DNA of 62,446 nucleotides, filler included, from Sluysia triapertura (Eukaryota), in NCBI GenBank assembly GCA_046118255.1. It is 4 parts of 4 records of this genome, joined end to end, with 100 filler letters (N's around TTAATTAATTAA, not from the genome) between each part and the next. Parts side by side here need not be neighbours in the genome. Positions count along the whole stretch, not along the records: positions 1 to 17,753 come from JBJNIA010183945.1; 3 more parts are not named here. One strand, 5' to 3'. Each line of letters opens with the position of its first letter. Within the stretch, counting starts at the first letter, position 1. The notes beneath the pieces were generated by a model. That model did not search any database, had not been told where the DNA came from, and saw only the letters and a list, made by a program, of their open reading frames with translations. Shown here piece after piece: positions 1 through 11,815 of this stretch. The position numbers were made by a program, and so were the translations under genes.

Positions 1-639
1 AATAAACAATGCGAAAAATTTAAAAGAATTCTCGGTATTATAATTTATAATTTTCATTAAAAGTTGGTAAATTATTGAGAAATTTGATTTTTTTTACTAA
101 CGAAGCATTCAAAAAATCTTTGAATGTTAAAAGATATTGTTTCAAGTACCCAATTAATAAAAGAAAATCGAAACGAATAACGTGATTAACACAGTTTCAC
201 ATCAACGCTAAAATTGTGATTTGATGTATTTATTTTAAAACAGTTATTGTCGGCCAAAACTTGGTACAGTACGTAGCAACTGCCTTGAGACTTGGTTTAG
301 TATATAGTAAATTAGCATCATCCAACTTATTTTTATAAAGTTTGTTTCCAAAATCTATCATACTAAAACTCTAGGAACTTTAATCTTTTTAAGATAGTAT
401 TGAGGTTGTAATATTACTTCAATACACCAAAATAGCTATCTTGCAGATTAATGTTAATCCCAAGAACAAAAATATTGATTAAAATCCCAATTCCATATAT
501 TATTAAATTTTTATTATTATTTTAAAATACTAGTATTAAAATACTATTATTATTATTATCATATAATAATAGTTCATATTAAAAACTAAGAAACGAAATA
601 ATCTCGAAGTTAAGAGAATTTATTGTTGTCATTATTATT

Positions 640-1390
640 GAATCCATCATCTGTTTTATTTCTCCAATTCATCACTTGAAAGCTTACTTTTGTTAGCATT
701 ATAATTGTTATTTGTATTATATTTCGAATTGTCTTTAAAAAAAGAAAGCAAAATATCGCGATCTTTCGTCAAATGCTATGTAACTAACCTTTTGGTTACA
801 TAGAACGAAATATCGTTTTCTTCACCTATTTTTTCAACTTTAACATGATCATCTCTTACTAAAAAGTCTCTATTACCAACAATTTTGCCAATATTGAAAC
901 TTATCTTTTTTATCTTCAAGTGGCGCATGAAAATTCGAAATTCGTTATTTCTTTCATTTTTTTAAGATAACAAAATCTAAATTGCCTGATGAAAAATTAA
1001 ACCGTGAATTTGATTTGACAAAATTAGTATTGTTGGAAATTTTGTTTCCTTTGTATCAGTTATTGTTCTCAGTTGATTTCGAAGGTTTTCAGCGGAGCCC
1101 ATTGACCTTCTCGTTATCACTATCAATACCATAAACACAATTTTTGGATAGCCACAAAAATTTACAAGTTGATGAGCTTTCTACATTGTTACACAAGCAA
1201 GATGCCTTTAGAAATTGTGGTTTCGCAACTTTTACGCAACAATCCTGAATTGATTTAAGCTTTTCTGATTTTGAAATTTTTGAATCTTGATTATGCGAAA
1301 AATTCAACATAAATATATTTGGAATTTGTTGTTGATGCTGCAACTATTTCATTTGCAATTTGTCTTGCATTTGAAATAATTTTAACATGT
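640..1390 (-). pseudogene. Degenerate coding remnant, unidentified
   Basis: ORF 1089..1343 extends both ways through in-frame stops and a frameshift (MLKLFQMQDKLQMK*LQHQQQ...GLR*KPSKSTENN*...ISFNIGKIVGNRDFLVRDDHVKVEK); no recognisable domain. Confidence 0.25.
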
Positions 1391-1552
1391 TATAAGGTCA
1401 TCAAAAAGAAAATAAGAAAGAAAAGTATTGATGTGACTTTGACTTAAAAAATATAATCATTTATATTGTTAATTAAAAAGAGAACGTAATAATGGAATAT
1501 GATGTGACGAAAATTAGAAAAGGAGAAAAAAATACAATGATAATACGTCTCA

Positions 1553-1850
1553 TGTAGAGAAATCATATCAAAATATCAATGCTTAATCATATAAAAACAT
1601 CTCTTACATACACGGAACATTAAACAAACTACTTAACTCATTCAAAAAACAAACCTAATCATTGTATGTAATTGTCATGAATTATAGTTATTGTTATTAT
1701 AAATCCAATCGTATTAATAATCCTTATAATAATTTTTCATAATAACTTTTATAATAACGTCACAACACCATTATTTTAAAATATATAATAATTACATTAT
1801 TGTTATCATTATTATTTCTTTTATTACTACCATCAACCTTTCTTCTTATT
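1553..1850 (+). repeat. LTR-like repeat family A, copy 1
   Basis: Starts TGTAGAGAAATCAT; shares aaacaaactaYtWaactcattcaaaaa, taattRtcatgaa, aataacttttataataa and ttgttatcattattat with 7936-8329; the 5' motifs also occur in the reverse complement of 17854-18031. Confidence 0.75.
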
Positions 1851-2299
1851 CTTTTGTTTGTGTGAATTTGTATATATTTATGTATGTGCGTATCTGAAAA
1901 AATATCTGTCTAAAAAACAAAACCTAATGATCGTGAAATCAAATGTTATTTCATCAGGAAAATGTTTTATATTAAAAAGTGATACTATTTCGAAATTATC
2001 AAGATTAATCATTCCAAACTATCGTATTTCGTTGTACAAATTATCATTGTGTATCTTAATTACAGCATGAACAGTTATGTCAGTTATTGAAGAGAACAAT
2101 CATGGATCGTTGTCACTTTTAGGTGCATTTTTATGGTTTAATTTCTAGTCTTTGTAGAATATACAACACGTGAATTAAGTACAACTTGAAACGTTATGTT
2201 AATATCTTATGTTATGAATTTTGGTACTTTTATCATTTTATTACCTATTGCCTTAATATCTATTCCATCAATTTTATCAATAATTGCTTATTAACCAAT

Positions 2300-2900
2300 T
2301 ATTTTCCAAAACAAATCTTCACAAAATTTCCAAATGTTTTTATTTCTAACAATTCAAATGAGTATTCAAAATTACCACTAAGTTCTGTTGCAAATCAAAA
2401 CAAGTACATTACTTCAAGTTCTAAAGTACAAAGACTAGATCAAACGATTCCACAATGTCAATCTCATCTTAATTTTTATTCTGCAATAGAGACAAATTTA
2501 TAGGCAAACATATGTTCAAAATCATCTTTAATTCGTAAACCAATACCTTACAAAAGTGATCCTTTATTTTCTACTGTTCCAGAATTATTCATTCCTCATT
2601 CTACATCTCCATTTCTTTTTTTTCGGATCATCTGGTATTCACATGAATTCACAATAATTTTTAGACAGTCTTATTAGCTGCTGCTTCATTTCAGATGCGA
2701 ACTAAACCACGTAGATCTATGTTACGTCGATCACTATTTTCCGATAGTCAAATACAAGGTTTTGAAGATGCCTTCAAGAAACATGCATACAAAGCTAAGC
2801 CAGATCGCAAGGAATTAGCAGATCGACTTGCATTAAAAGATGCACAGGTGAAAATATGGTTTCAAAACCATCGAATGAAATAGCGTAACTTTAAAGAGTT
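2300..2900 (+). pseudogene. dbx: Dbx-class homeobox pseudogene fragment
   Basis: KPRRSMLRRSLFSDSQIQGFEDAFKKHAYKAKPDRKELADRLALKDAQVKIWFQNHRMK*RN matches Dbx (KPRRGMLRRAVFSDVQR...SKPDRKKLA..LGLKDSQVKIWFQNRRMKWRN); Trp codon is TAG at 2881-2883; WFQNRR is WFQNHR; upstream coding-like sequence has stops. Confidence 0.85.
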
Positions 2901-3058
2901 GCCCATAAACTAGCGATTGCAGAAGTAGATCTAGAAAGAACTGAATCTCGCTTAGAAAATTGCGAAAGCAAGACCATAGAACTGGGAGAAGAATTGAAAA
3001 TTGTTGTAATAACATGAAGTCATCGGAGATATCCGAGTAAGAAGCAGCTCAACGAGAA
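2898..3058 (+). pseudogene. tpm: Tropomyosin internal fragment (about residues 165-218) fused to the Dbx fragment
   Basis: [52 protein letters not shown] matches spiralian tropomyosin ([52 protein letters not shown]); one frameshift, one stop; not in the ORF track. Confidence 0.88.
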
Positions 3059-3097
3059 AGAAATGAAAATACCGAAGACAAAAAATTACGATTTTAA

Positions 3098-3536
3098 ATG
3101 GAAGATGAATCAAATGAGCCTAAGTCATTATTTAATTGGTCGAAATATTCCGAATTTCAATCTTATTCAATAATTGACAATGATGATGATACTTATGATA
3201 AAACGTCTGATCATTCTTATACTGAGCAGTATGATGACCAAGAAGCTAAAAATAACGAATTAAATTTTGTTGTATTTCAGCCATCATTTATTGATCATCC
3301 GTTAGCAGAATGCACACGATTATCAAGTCAATATCAGACATTTGAACCGTTAAATTTGATAACCTCTGTTACTGATAATGCTGAAGACAATTTATACCGA
3401 ACAGGTTTAACAAATTTTTACATTACGTAGTAAACCTAGAATTAATTTTAAACTATCATTTTAGTCTATTTGGTGCTTTTGCACATTATTATGTTGCGGT
3501 ATATTTATACATAATTATTATTGTATCATTACTGTG
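3098..3536 (+). pseudogene. Further gene fragment(s): acidic segment, then a possible DHHC palmitoyltransferase-like TM segment
   Basis: ORF 3098..3430; candidate GT..AG intron 3405-3464 gives ...SVTDNAEDNLYRT/VYLVLLHIIMLRYIYT, loosely like the ZDHHC2/15/20 TM1-TM2 region. Confidence 0.25.
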
Positions 3537-5217
3537 GTAATAAAAAAAGATCCAAAAATTAAAACTATAAAAAAATTCATTAAAATGTTAATAACTAAAA
3601 ATTTGGAATCTGTACTAACAAACAAATTAGTTGAATTAGATTTAGAAACTACTTATATGCACTTCATTTATATTTTTAATGCTGTTTTTTGATAAAATAT
3701 CAACAACTAAAATTAGTGTAAAATTCGATACGAGTACTGTGTCAACATTATGTCAAGTAGAAGTTCTTATTTTTGATTGAGACAAAATCCATGGTTAGAT
3801 CGTTGGTTACAAATTAATGGATGTTCACCTTCCAAATATGGAGTTTATTATCATAGTTTTATGATGCCAATACATCGAAATATTTATAATAAACGATTCT
3901 CAGGCAAAGATGATGAAACATTTTTGAAAAAAATAGAATATTAGAATAAAATCGTTTTTGTAAAATTTGTTAAACAGAACCAATTTGTATTATGAGTTTT
4001 GAGACAAAATGTTTTTGAATTCGATCATAACTTTAGCAAAGTTTTTGGAGCCATATGCTGGATACTGTTTAACGAATTTTAAAGATAATTACGTTAGTTT
4101 ATTTGTGTTAGGGTAGGTTATACATTAAAAATATCCAACTAAAATATTCTCAAAATCATTTTTCTAAATTAATTTTTTAAAGATCTTATAATAGATCTCC
4201 GTAAAATCTGTACTAAAATATTACTTATTTTTAGGAATTAATTTAATTCCTCACAAATTACCATATTTTATTATACTGTAAATTCGTTTATATTTTGTAT
4301 GTAATAAATTTTTTAAGAAAACCTTCATTATTTTTTAAAATTTTATAGCTTTAAATATAAAATCTCTAGAAGAATAACGCTTTCAACGATTAGAATTTAA
4401 ATCTAATCCCGTAAAATCAATTTTATAGATAATTTTCATAGGATCATCGTAAAATACTTAATAAACTATTTATTTAATTACTTTAATCATTTCGAACACT
4501 TAATACTAGAGATAATTTGTATATCTCCGGAACTTACTAAAATCGAGAATCAATAATTGTTAAACTATGAATAGCAGAATCACTCATATCTTAGAAAGTT
4601 TATACACTCCTTAGACAACATTAATTCTATTAAAATACCTCCAGATTTAGATTAGATTTGAAAGAATAACATTGATTTTTATTGAAATATCTCCAAAATT
4701 AAATCGGAATTAACAGTCAAGTTATTAAGTAAAGAATACCCTAACAGAACTACACTTCAGACAATGTTTCCTAACCTTTACTTTAAAATATTTTATCTAC
4801 AAATCCAACGGCTAGCCCTAACTGGTAAGCCTAGTACGTTGGTGGACTCACGTTAAAATTATTCTTTATTCTAAAATTCTCACAAACGTATTATACAAAA
4901 GATTTCTATGAAAAATAAATTTATTATTCCATTAACTTTATCCTCAATTTAAGTTAATAAATTGCGTTATTGATAGAATAGCTATATAATAATAATATTA
5001 AATTTTAATTTAATTATACTAAAAAGATAACAAATCCCACTATCTTTGTTAATTACAAAAGATAATTAATTGGACATAGGCTGAAATTACTATTTGAATT
5101 TAATCAGTAAAATTAGTCGGCTTATCACAGACTAAAAAGATTAATAATTTAATTTCCGTCTTGTCCAATTTCCATTCTTCCAAATGATTATGAAATTACT
5201 GCATAGGTAGTAATAAT

Positions 5218-5753
5218 CAGGGCCGGATTTAGAGTTTTGAGCGCCCAGGAAAAAAAAATTTGGCGCCCTTTCATACAAGAATATACAAATTTACTGCGAA
5301 TTAAAAAAATAATGAAAAAGACAAAACATCAAAATTACACAATAAGAATCTGTGTAAAAATTTATTTATTTAAAAAATAATACAACAGTGATTTACTTAC
5401 AAGCGATATAACATATGGAACTTTGAAAAGTAAGTTATGCTATTCTTCTTGCATATGTGTGACATACATGATTTTTTGTAATGCTATTTTTCAAAAATTC
5501 AATAACATAATTCATTAAATTAATTGTTTTTGAAAATCAGTTTGCAAACAGTTTACAATATTAAAATAATGTGCCTTGTGACCTTTATTTGGTATTATTA
5601 AAGAAAAAAATTTACTGCTTGCTAAAAAATCGATGTCTCATGAAAAATGATCGATTTTAATTTATAAAATCTAAAAAAATAATGAATGTAAAAAATATTT
5701 TTATATCGGCGCCCGGGAAGTGTCCGGCTTTTCCGCACCGTTATCCGGCGTTA
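5218..5753. mobile_element. hAT-like non-autonomous element
   Basis: Left end CAGGGCCGGATTTA; degenerate right end TTATCCGGCGTTA; subterminal GCGCCC motifs at both ends; no clean TSD. Confidence 0.55.
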
Positions 5754-6725
5754 AGTAAAACGAAATCCACATGGTGTTACACTTGTTAAGAACATTCCTC
5801 GACGTAAAATTGTTTCGCAATTTAGGCAAATATAACTACTACTTAATGACAATCTTTTTCAAGGTTGAACTTTATTTATTCGATCAAAAAGAATTTATAA
5901 TTAATTTTACCTTTTTAATTTTTTGATAACTTTTGTGTTGCACCTTTTTTGGCCAACTAATAATTTGGCATTAAATTTAATTTTTATTAATATCACATAA
6001 TTATGATGGTAATAATTAAAAAGTTATTATTTTAGTTTAAATTCATTTACTTATCCAAGCAAGATATTATACACAGGTTGTATACCTAAAGTTAAGATGT
6101 GATACGGTTAGGGTTAATGATGCTAAAAATGTATATAATTCAAAATAAACTCAAACAAATTGTTATACACTATACAAGCTAATTGAACTGCTTATTTAAT
6201 CCTATAAGTACAAAATTATCACAGGTGATGAAATTTTCACGTGCAAGTTGTTTGTTCAAATATGGTAATTGATAAAATAAAGGAAAACATTTTTATGATT
6301 AATAACATTTTATAACAGTAACATTTAGTGTTCATAAACAATCATTTACAAGCCAGAAGTTTCGATTTTCACATAAAAATTTATAATTTTTGCTAGTCTA
6401 ATTAGTCTCTCGAAAATGTACATTTTAAGGATATTGTTTCTGGTCGTAAACGAATTATCGTTTTTAAAGAAACCACCTTCATAAAATTCTAACTAAGCAA
6501 ATAAAGTTAGAAATGATACACAATTTCATTAAGAAACAGAGACATTAAAAAATAAATGCTTGCAATTATTAAATTATAAAATTGTTAATGTGTTCTCAAT
6601 TATTTTTTTAGTTTCATGTATATATTTGTTCATCCTTTCTACAATAAGAATTAATATCCTCCAAAAGATTTCATTTACCATTAAAAGACAAACAAATTTA
6701 CATATATTTATAATATGAGAACATA

Positions 6726-7511
6726 TTATTTCAATCTACTTTTTTTTCTTGTTGGTTGTTTAGAAGCATATTTTTCTTCTAAATTATTGAAAAAACATTC
6801 CATTGATTTTTCCCGGTTTTGTTGTCGTTGAAGTATAAGTTGTGTTAGGTCTGCGTCTTTTTCTAATTTCATATTCTTTTCATAATCCCTTTTCTGTCTT
6901 TGAGCATTTCTCATCCTAGCATTACGTTTTTGTTTCGTTTCATTTGTATACGATTTATAAGGTTCAACTTCATTAGATTCAATCCACTTATCAATAATTG
7001 ATCTATAACGTGGTTCATCTTCAACACTTGAAAGCATAAGACTTTCTATTATTTGATCCATATTTCCTTTATATTTAATATATAAATCTTTGAGATCGTT
7101 TTCCTCTTCCTTACTGCCTTTATAAGAGTTTTCAAACTCTTCAATTTTTTTTATAGTTACTTTAGGATACAACAGTCTAAAATACGTTTCCCAACTTTCA
7201 AACGTGTCATTATCAAATGTATCATCAACATGACCAGTATCGTCATATATTTTTCTTTTTTCTGGATCACTTAATATATTGTGAATTTTAGAAATCAACT
7301 GAAATCTAAACTTAGCATTTTCTTTATCTGAATTTTTGTCAGGATGATGTTTTAAAGATAATTTTTTGTAAGCTTTTTTTACTTAAAAACATAATTAATG
7401 ATGTATTAAGTTACTTTCATCATCAGAACAGTTTTTTGATAATCCAAAAACGTTATATAAATTTTCATCACCAAAGTGAAAATTTAAATCTTTTAATAGA
7501 GACGATTTCAT
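6726..7511 (-). CDS. DNAJC9: DnaJ homolog subfamily C member 9 (exons 7511-7415 and 7381-6726)
   Basis: ATG at 7511; a 33-nt GT-AG intron (7382-7414) restores MKSSLL...NLYNVFGL...IKKAYKKLSLKHHPDK...ILSDPEKRKIYDDTG; DNAJC9 hallmarks YKGSKEEENDLKDLY and FFNNLEEKYA; ends in TAA. Confidence 0.93.
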
Positions 7512-7935
7512 CTATTTTATTTCTTAATTACACTTTGTATTAATAAAATTACAAAATATAAAATATAAAATTAATTATAATGTTTAGAGCTAATAACAAA
7601 ATGAAGAGAATATAACATAAATTATATTGTACTTTATTCAACTAATAAATGATTCAACTTTCTGATTATTTAAACAACATGTGTAAGAAAATTATGAATA
7701 ATCTTAAGTAAGATTAAAACATTGTCAAAACGTGTAAATGAAAATATGGATAATAATTAAAGTTTCCAGCGATTGAATGATTAGAATTGGTTAATTAGAC
7801 TTGCACTAAGAATTTTCATAGTCTGTAGTTGTGCGTGTTTATCGTAATATTTGCTTGATTTATTTACTATTTTTCTTGTCTGTTATTTTAACTTCATTAA
7901 ATTACTTTTTTAAAATTAATATCACTATTACTGTG

Positions 7936-8329
7936 TCTAGGGAATTCATCACACAAAATCCATCACATAAAAACACTTCACATGTACACAGATTATTAAA
8001 CAAACTATTAAACTCATTCAAAAACAAACGTGACCATCACATCTAATTATCATGAACTATCGCTATTAATATTACAATTCAGATCGTATTAAAACATATA
8101 TAATAATTATAGTCATTATTGTCATATAATATGATCATATAGTAATAACTTTTATAATAAATTTCATAACAAATTTCCACAGCAACATTTCAATATTAAT
8201 AAACATAATATCCACATAATTGTTATCATTATTATTATTTCCTTATTCCTATTATTTTTTTCGTTTATTTTTATTATCAATCTATCTTTCTATTTTTTGT
8301 TGTTTTTCTTCAATACTCTTTTTAATACA
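7936..8329 (+). repeat. LTR-like repeat family A, copy 2
   Basis: Starts TCTAGGGAATTCATCA; aligns by eye with 1553-1850 and the reverse complement of 17854-18031. Confidence 0.78.
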
Positions 8330-8364
8330 ATATATCTGATCCTGATATATCTTACTGTGATACT

Positions 8365-8921
8365 CCCGTTGTTGGTAGAAGATTGCATCCACAATATCCA
8401 TTCATTGAAGCAGAGGTAAAATGGGCATGCTTAGAATATGCAGTAAAAGCAGTTGATGTATTTGCATATCGTTTACGTCTTTCATTTCTCAATGTTTATG
8501 CTGCAGAAGAAGCTTTACCTAAAGTGATTGAAATTATGGGACAGCATTTCAATTGGTCACAGGAAAGAAAACAGCGAGAATATGATGAAGCTATGGATTA
8601 TCTGAGAAAACAAATGGGTCTAGGTTTGAAATGTCATATTCAAAGTATTCCAATAAATTTTTCTGAATGTGAAAAGAAAGAATTAATGGCTAAATTTAAA
8701 GCTATAGACAGTGACAATAAGGGATTTTTAACCGTTAAAGATCTGAAGAAATATTTAAAGGAACAAGATGAATCAAGTGAAGAAGTAATCACTGATGCTC
8801 AACTATTGAAAATTCTTGAGGAAGTTGATACAAATAAAAACGGTGAAATTGATGAAAATGAATTTCTTCGGTTTATGAGTGCTCTTAAAACGGGTGCAGT
8901 TGCTGAAAGTGGATTTAAACA
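8365..8921 (+). pseudogene. GPD2: C-terminal fragment of mitochondrial glycerol-3-phosphate dehydrogenase (EF-hand region), 5'-truncated
   Basis: PVVGRRLHPQYPFIEAEVKWACLEYAVKAVDVFAYRLRLSFLNVYAAEEALPKVIEIMG...EVDTNKNGEIDENEFLRFMSALKTG matches GPD2; FAD domain and final residues absent; no splice acceptor upstream, abuts repeat A. Confidence 0.9.
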
Positions 8922-9521
8922 TATGCTATTCAAGTGAACAATTTAGATGGGAGTGAAGCTTTGGTGTCGTTAATACAAAAAACTACTCGCAGTATTAAAA
9001 GAGATTTTAATTCTACTGGTTTAATACATATAGGATTTTCCATTTTTAGAATTGAATTTAATCGAATTACTCGTGTTCGAAAAGTAAATTATCAGAATTT
9101 TCAAGCATCATCGGTATTTATTAATAGTAGATCAGTTTTCTTAAAATTATTTCTTAAAAAAGGTTATTATTTGATTGTACCTTACGCTTACAATCTTGGA
9201 ATACCGAAATCATTTATTCTCCGATTATATTGTCAACAGAAACTGAAATCATTCGAACTATCTTTGTCTCGCCAACATTTGCCACAAAGATTGTCTGGAA
9301 TGTCTTTAAAAAGTACAAAGCTGATCACTAGAGTTACAATTCTTAGAGCTGTCAATTTACCATTCATAGATCCCATTGATGGAGCTAATACTTACGTGTT
9401 ATTACTATGTGAAGGTCAACAAGTAACAACATCAATTTGCAAAAAGTCACTTAACCCTATTTGGGAAGAATCTTTTTTCTTTTATCGCAAATGTCCAAAG
9501 AAAAAATTTATTCGAATTTTT
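8922..9521 (+). pseudogene. CAPN5: Calpain-5/Tra-3-type fragment (domain III plus start of C2 domain)
   Basis: YAIQVNNLDGSEALVSLIQK...HIGFSIFRIEFNR...FINSRSVFLKLFLKKGYYLIVPYAY...FILRLY, then C2 (RVTILRAVNLP...ANTYVLLLCEGQQV...SLNPIWEESFFFYRK); starts mid-motif (NPQY) and ends at donor GTTAGT 9522. Confidence 0.85.
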
Positions 9522-10129
9522 GTTAGTACATTACATTTTTATACAAGCGATTTTCCAAATTTATATATACGATTAGTTTTATTTCTTATAATCATGACAA
9601 ATATAAGAAATGGATTTAAACGTTTGATTTAAATATTTAATTAATAAGTTTTAAAAGGTTATAGAAAATGAGGCTATATATAAATCTTCTTTGGGTTAGG
9701 AAATGCTTAAAAATTTTTACCCCACAGTGCGTTTTGGTTTACATACATGCACCAAACAAATTTTTCTTTGATATTTTATTACATAAACAACTAACAAAAA
9801 CAAGACATGTACTTTATAATTACTTTGAAGGTAATTACTTTAAAGGTAATTACTTTAATTGTATTATCTGACATTTGTCATTAAGATTTTTGCGCTGGTG
9901 TTATTGACGTTTGTTCCAATTTGAAATTAAAATAAGTAGTAGTTACTGATTAAGCTAAGCTCTTTTTTCTCTCATTACATAGTGCATGTATTCATTATGT
10001 ATGACAAAATATAGAAAACGAACATATTTAAGATTAGTGGATTCAAGTATGTATTGAATACTTCATATGTGATTTGATTTTTCGTCATTTTTTATTCTTG
10101 AATATCCCAGCATTTGGGTTTAAAATGTT

Positions 10130-10609
10130 TGTTTTAGAAACAGTGAATGATGATGAACTGATTGATAATCTGACAGTGATGGTAATTCTGAAGATAGTGA
10201 TGAAAATGAGCTGGAAAATAGTGATGTAGAAGATGCAACCCATGCACTAAAATAAGTTGTGATCATTATTTTCAAAGACACTCCAATAATAGTACTAATT
10301 TTGACAATCAAGAAAAAACCTAAGTCAAGGTAATTCTTGTGCAGAAAAAGAAGAATTTTAAATGTTTTTTGTACACATAGCAGAATAATATTAGTGTTTG
10401 AAAACATTGCAAAAGCCATTTCTTTTTTAAATATTTTTAATGGATAGATGCGTAACAAGTGTTACAGAACGTGGAAGATACGTCATTTCTAAAAGACCAG
10501 AGACAACTATTAATTTTTCAAAAATTGAACTTGTGAGATATCTCGGTATTTATGCTATATCATCAGTTGTACACATGCCTAATGTAAGAATGTACTGGAG
10601 ACAATTAAA
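10130..10609 (+). mobile_element. piggyBac transposase N-terminal remnant
   Basis: Acidic N-terminus, then KPFLF*IFLMDR...ELVRYLGIYAISSVVHMPNVRMYWR, a typical PGBD motif. Confidence 0.75.
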
Positions 10610-10613
10610 TTAA

Positions 10614-10683
10614 CCCCTTAACGCGCAGAAACGCATTAACACGGATGTGCACGGTTTTTTTTAAAAAATTGTGCATTAAGGGG
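10614..10683. mobile_element. 70-bp piggyBac-type mini-MITE
   Basis: TTAA|CCCCTTAACGCGCA...TGTGCATTAAGGGG|TTAA: inverted termini and TTAA on both sides. Confidence 0.8.
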
Positions 10684-11689
10684 TTAAATTCTGAGTTCTA
10701 ATTAACATTATCAGGATCCAAAGTTCTTAGACTAGTCGTAATAAATTCAATGATAATTTGTAAATAACGTAATAATAATAATAATATTAATAATAACTAG
10801 AAGAGAAATGAACTTGTGCAACTAATGTGAAGTTTTATATTAGCATGATAAAATTAAAATAATAATGAAAAATTCTAATAGAACAATAAAATTGTATATG
10901 TAAATAATTGTAATTATTGAAAATATGATTGATTAATTTAATTATTTGTGAATAATTTTTAATAATTTGAATAATTTTTGAATAATTTTAGTAATTTGGG
11001 AAATATTTTTAGTTAAAAATTATATAATTTAAAAGTACAAATTAATAGACTAATTAATTAATTAATTAATTTTATCAAAAAGATATAATTTAGCAAATAA
11101 TTTTAATCGTATTTTCTTTTAAAATAAATAAAATAATATCTACCGAAAGCAAATAGCCGGTACATATTAAAGCTTACCGGTAAGCATCAAAAATTTTGCT
11201 TAGTATAAATAGTTTACGGTTTTCGATAGCAATCACAATTTGGTTACACAAGTTTTATACACGATTTCAAGAAGAGTCGTACGTAAGTACACAAATCTGT
11301 TACTACAAATTTGTTTACAACCCGTGGTCAATAACGTTGGATTTGATTTGGGATTATCATTTAATATATAATCTATTTGGCAAATATCTGCACATTTTTG
11401 ATTGATATTCGAGCTTTGCGTTCAGAACTTACAAGTGTGCAGCAAGATTAAGATTTCCTTTTCGTAGCATTGACATATTAAATCCTATAACTAAGTCTTC
11501 CATGAGATATAAATCTTAGATTATAGGCGAACCCACTAAGATATTCATAATTGTTCAGTTAAAGTTTTAATAAAATCTGAACATTGTATACAATAGCTAT
11601 GTTTGTTTTTGAATGATTCAAGTAGTTTATTTAGCGTTGCGTATGTAAGAAATGTTCTTATTTGATGAAGTGTGGAATTTTATACGATT

Positions 11690-11815
11690 TCTCTACACTT
11701 TATGATGGTCCTTATGTGGTACAAGAAGAAACAAAATAAAATCTGAAAATTCTAAAACCTACAATTACCGTACATTGAAATAGATGTAAGAAATTTTATC
11801 CTCCTTCAGAACAAA
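11690..11815 (+). mobile_element. Ty3/gypsy integrase C-terminal (GPY/F) remnant
   Basis: LYDGPYVVQE...TITVH*NRCKKFYP. Confidence 0.5.

Noticed and set aside
2635-2664. 30-nt intron in the Dbx fragment as proof of DNA-level capture
   Set aside because: It reads equally well as coding (SGIHMNSQ*FLDSL/LAAASFQ) with one stop and one indel, so it is ambiguous.
3778-4082. MULE transposase remnant (NGCSPSKYGVYYHS)
   Set aside because: Resemblance is too weak to support.
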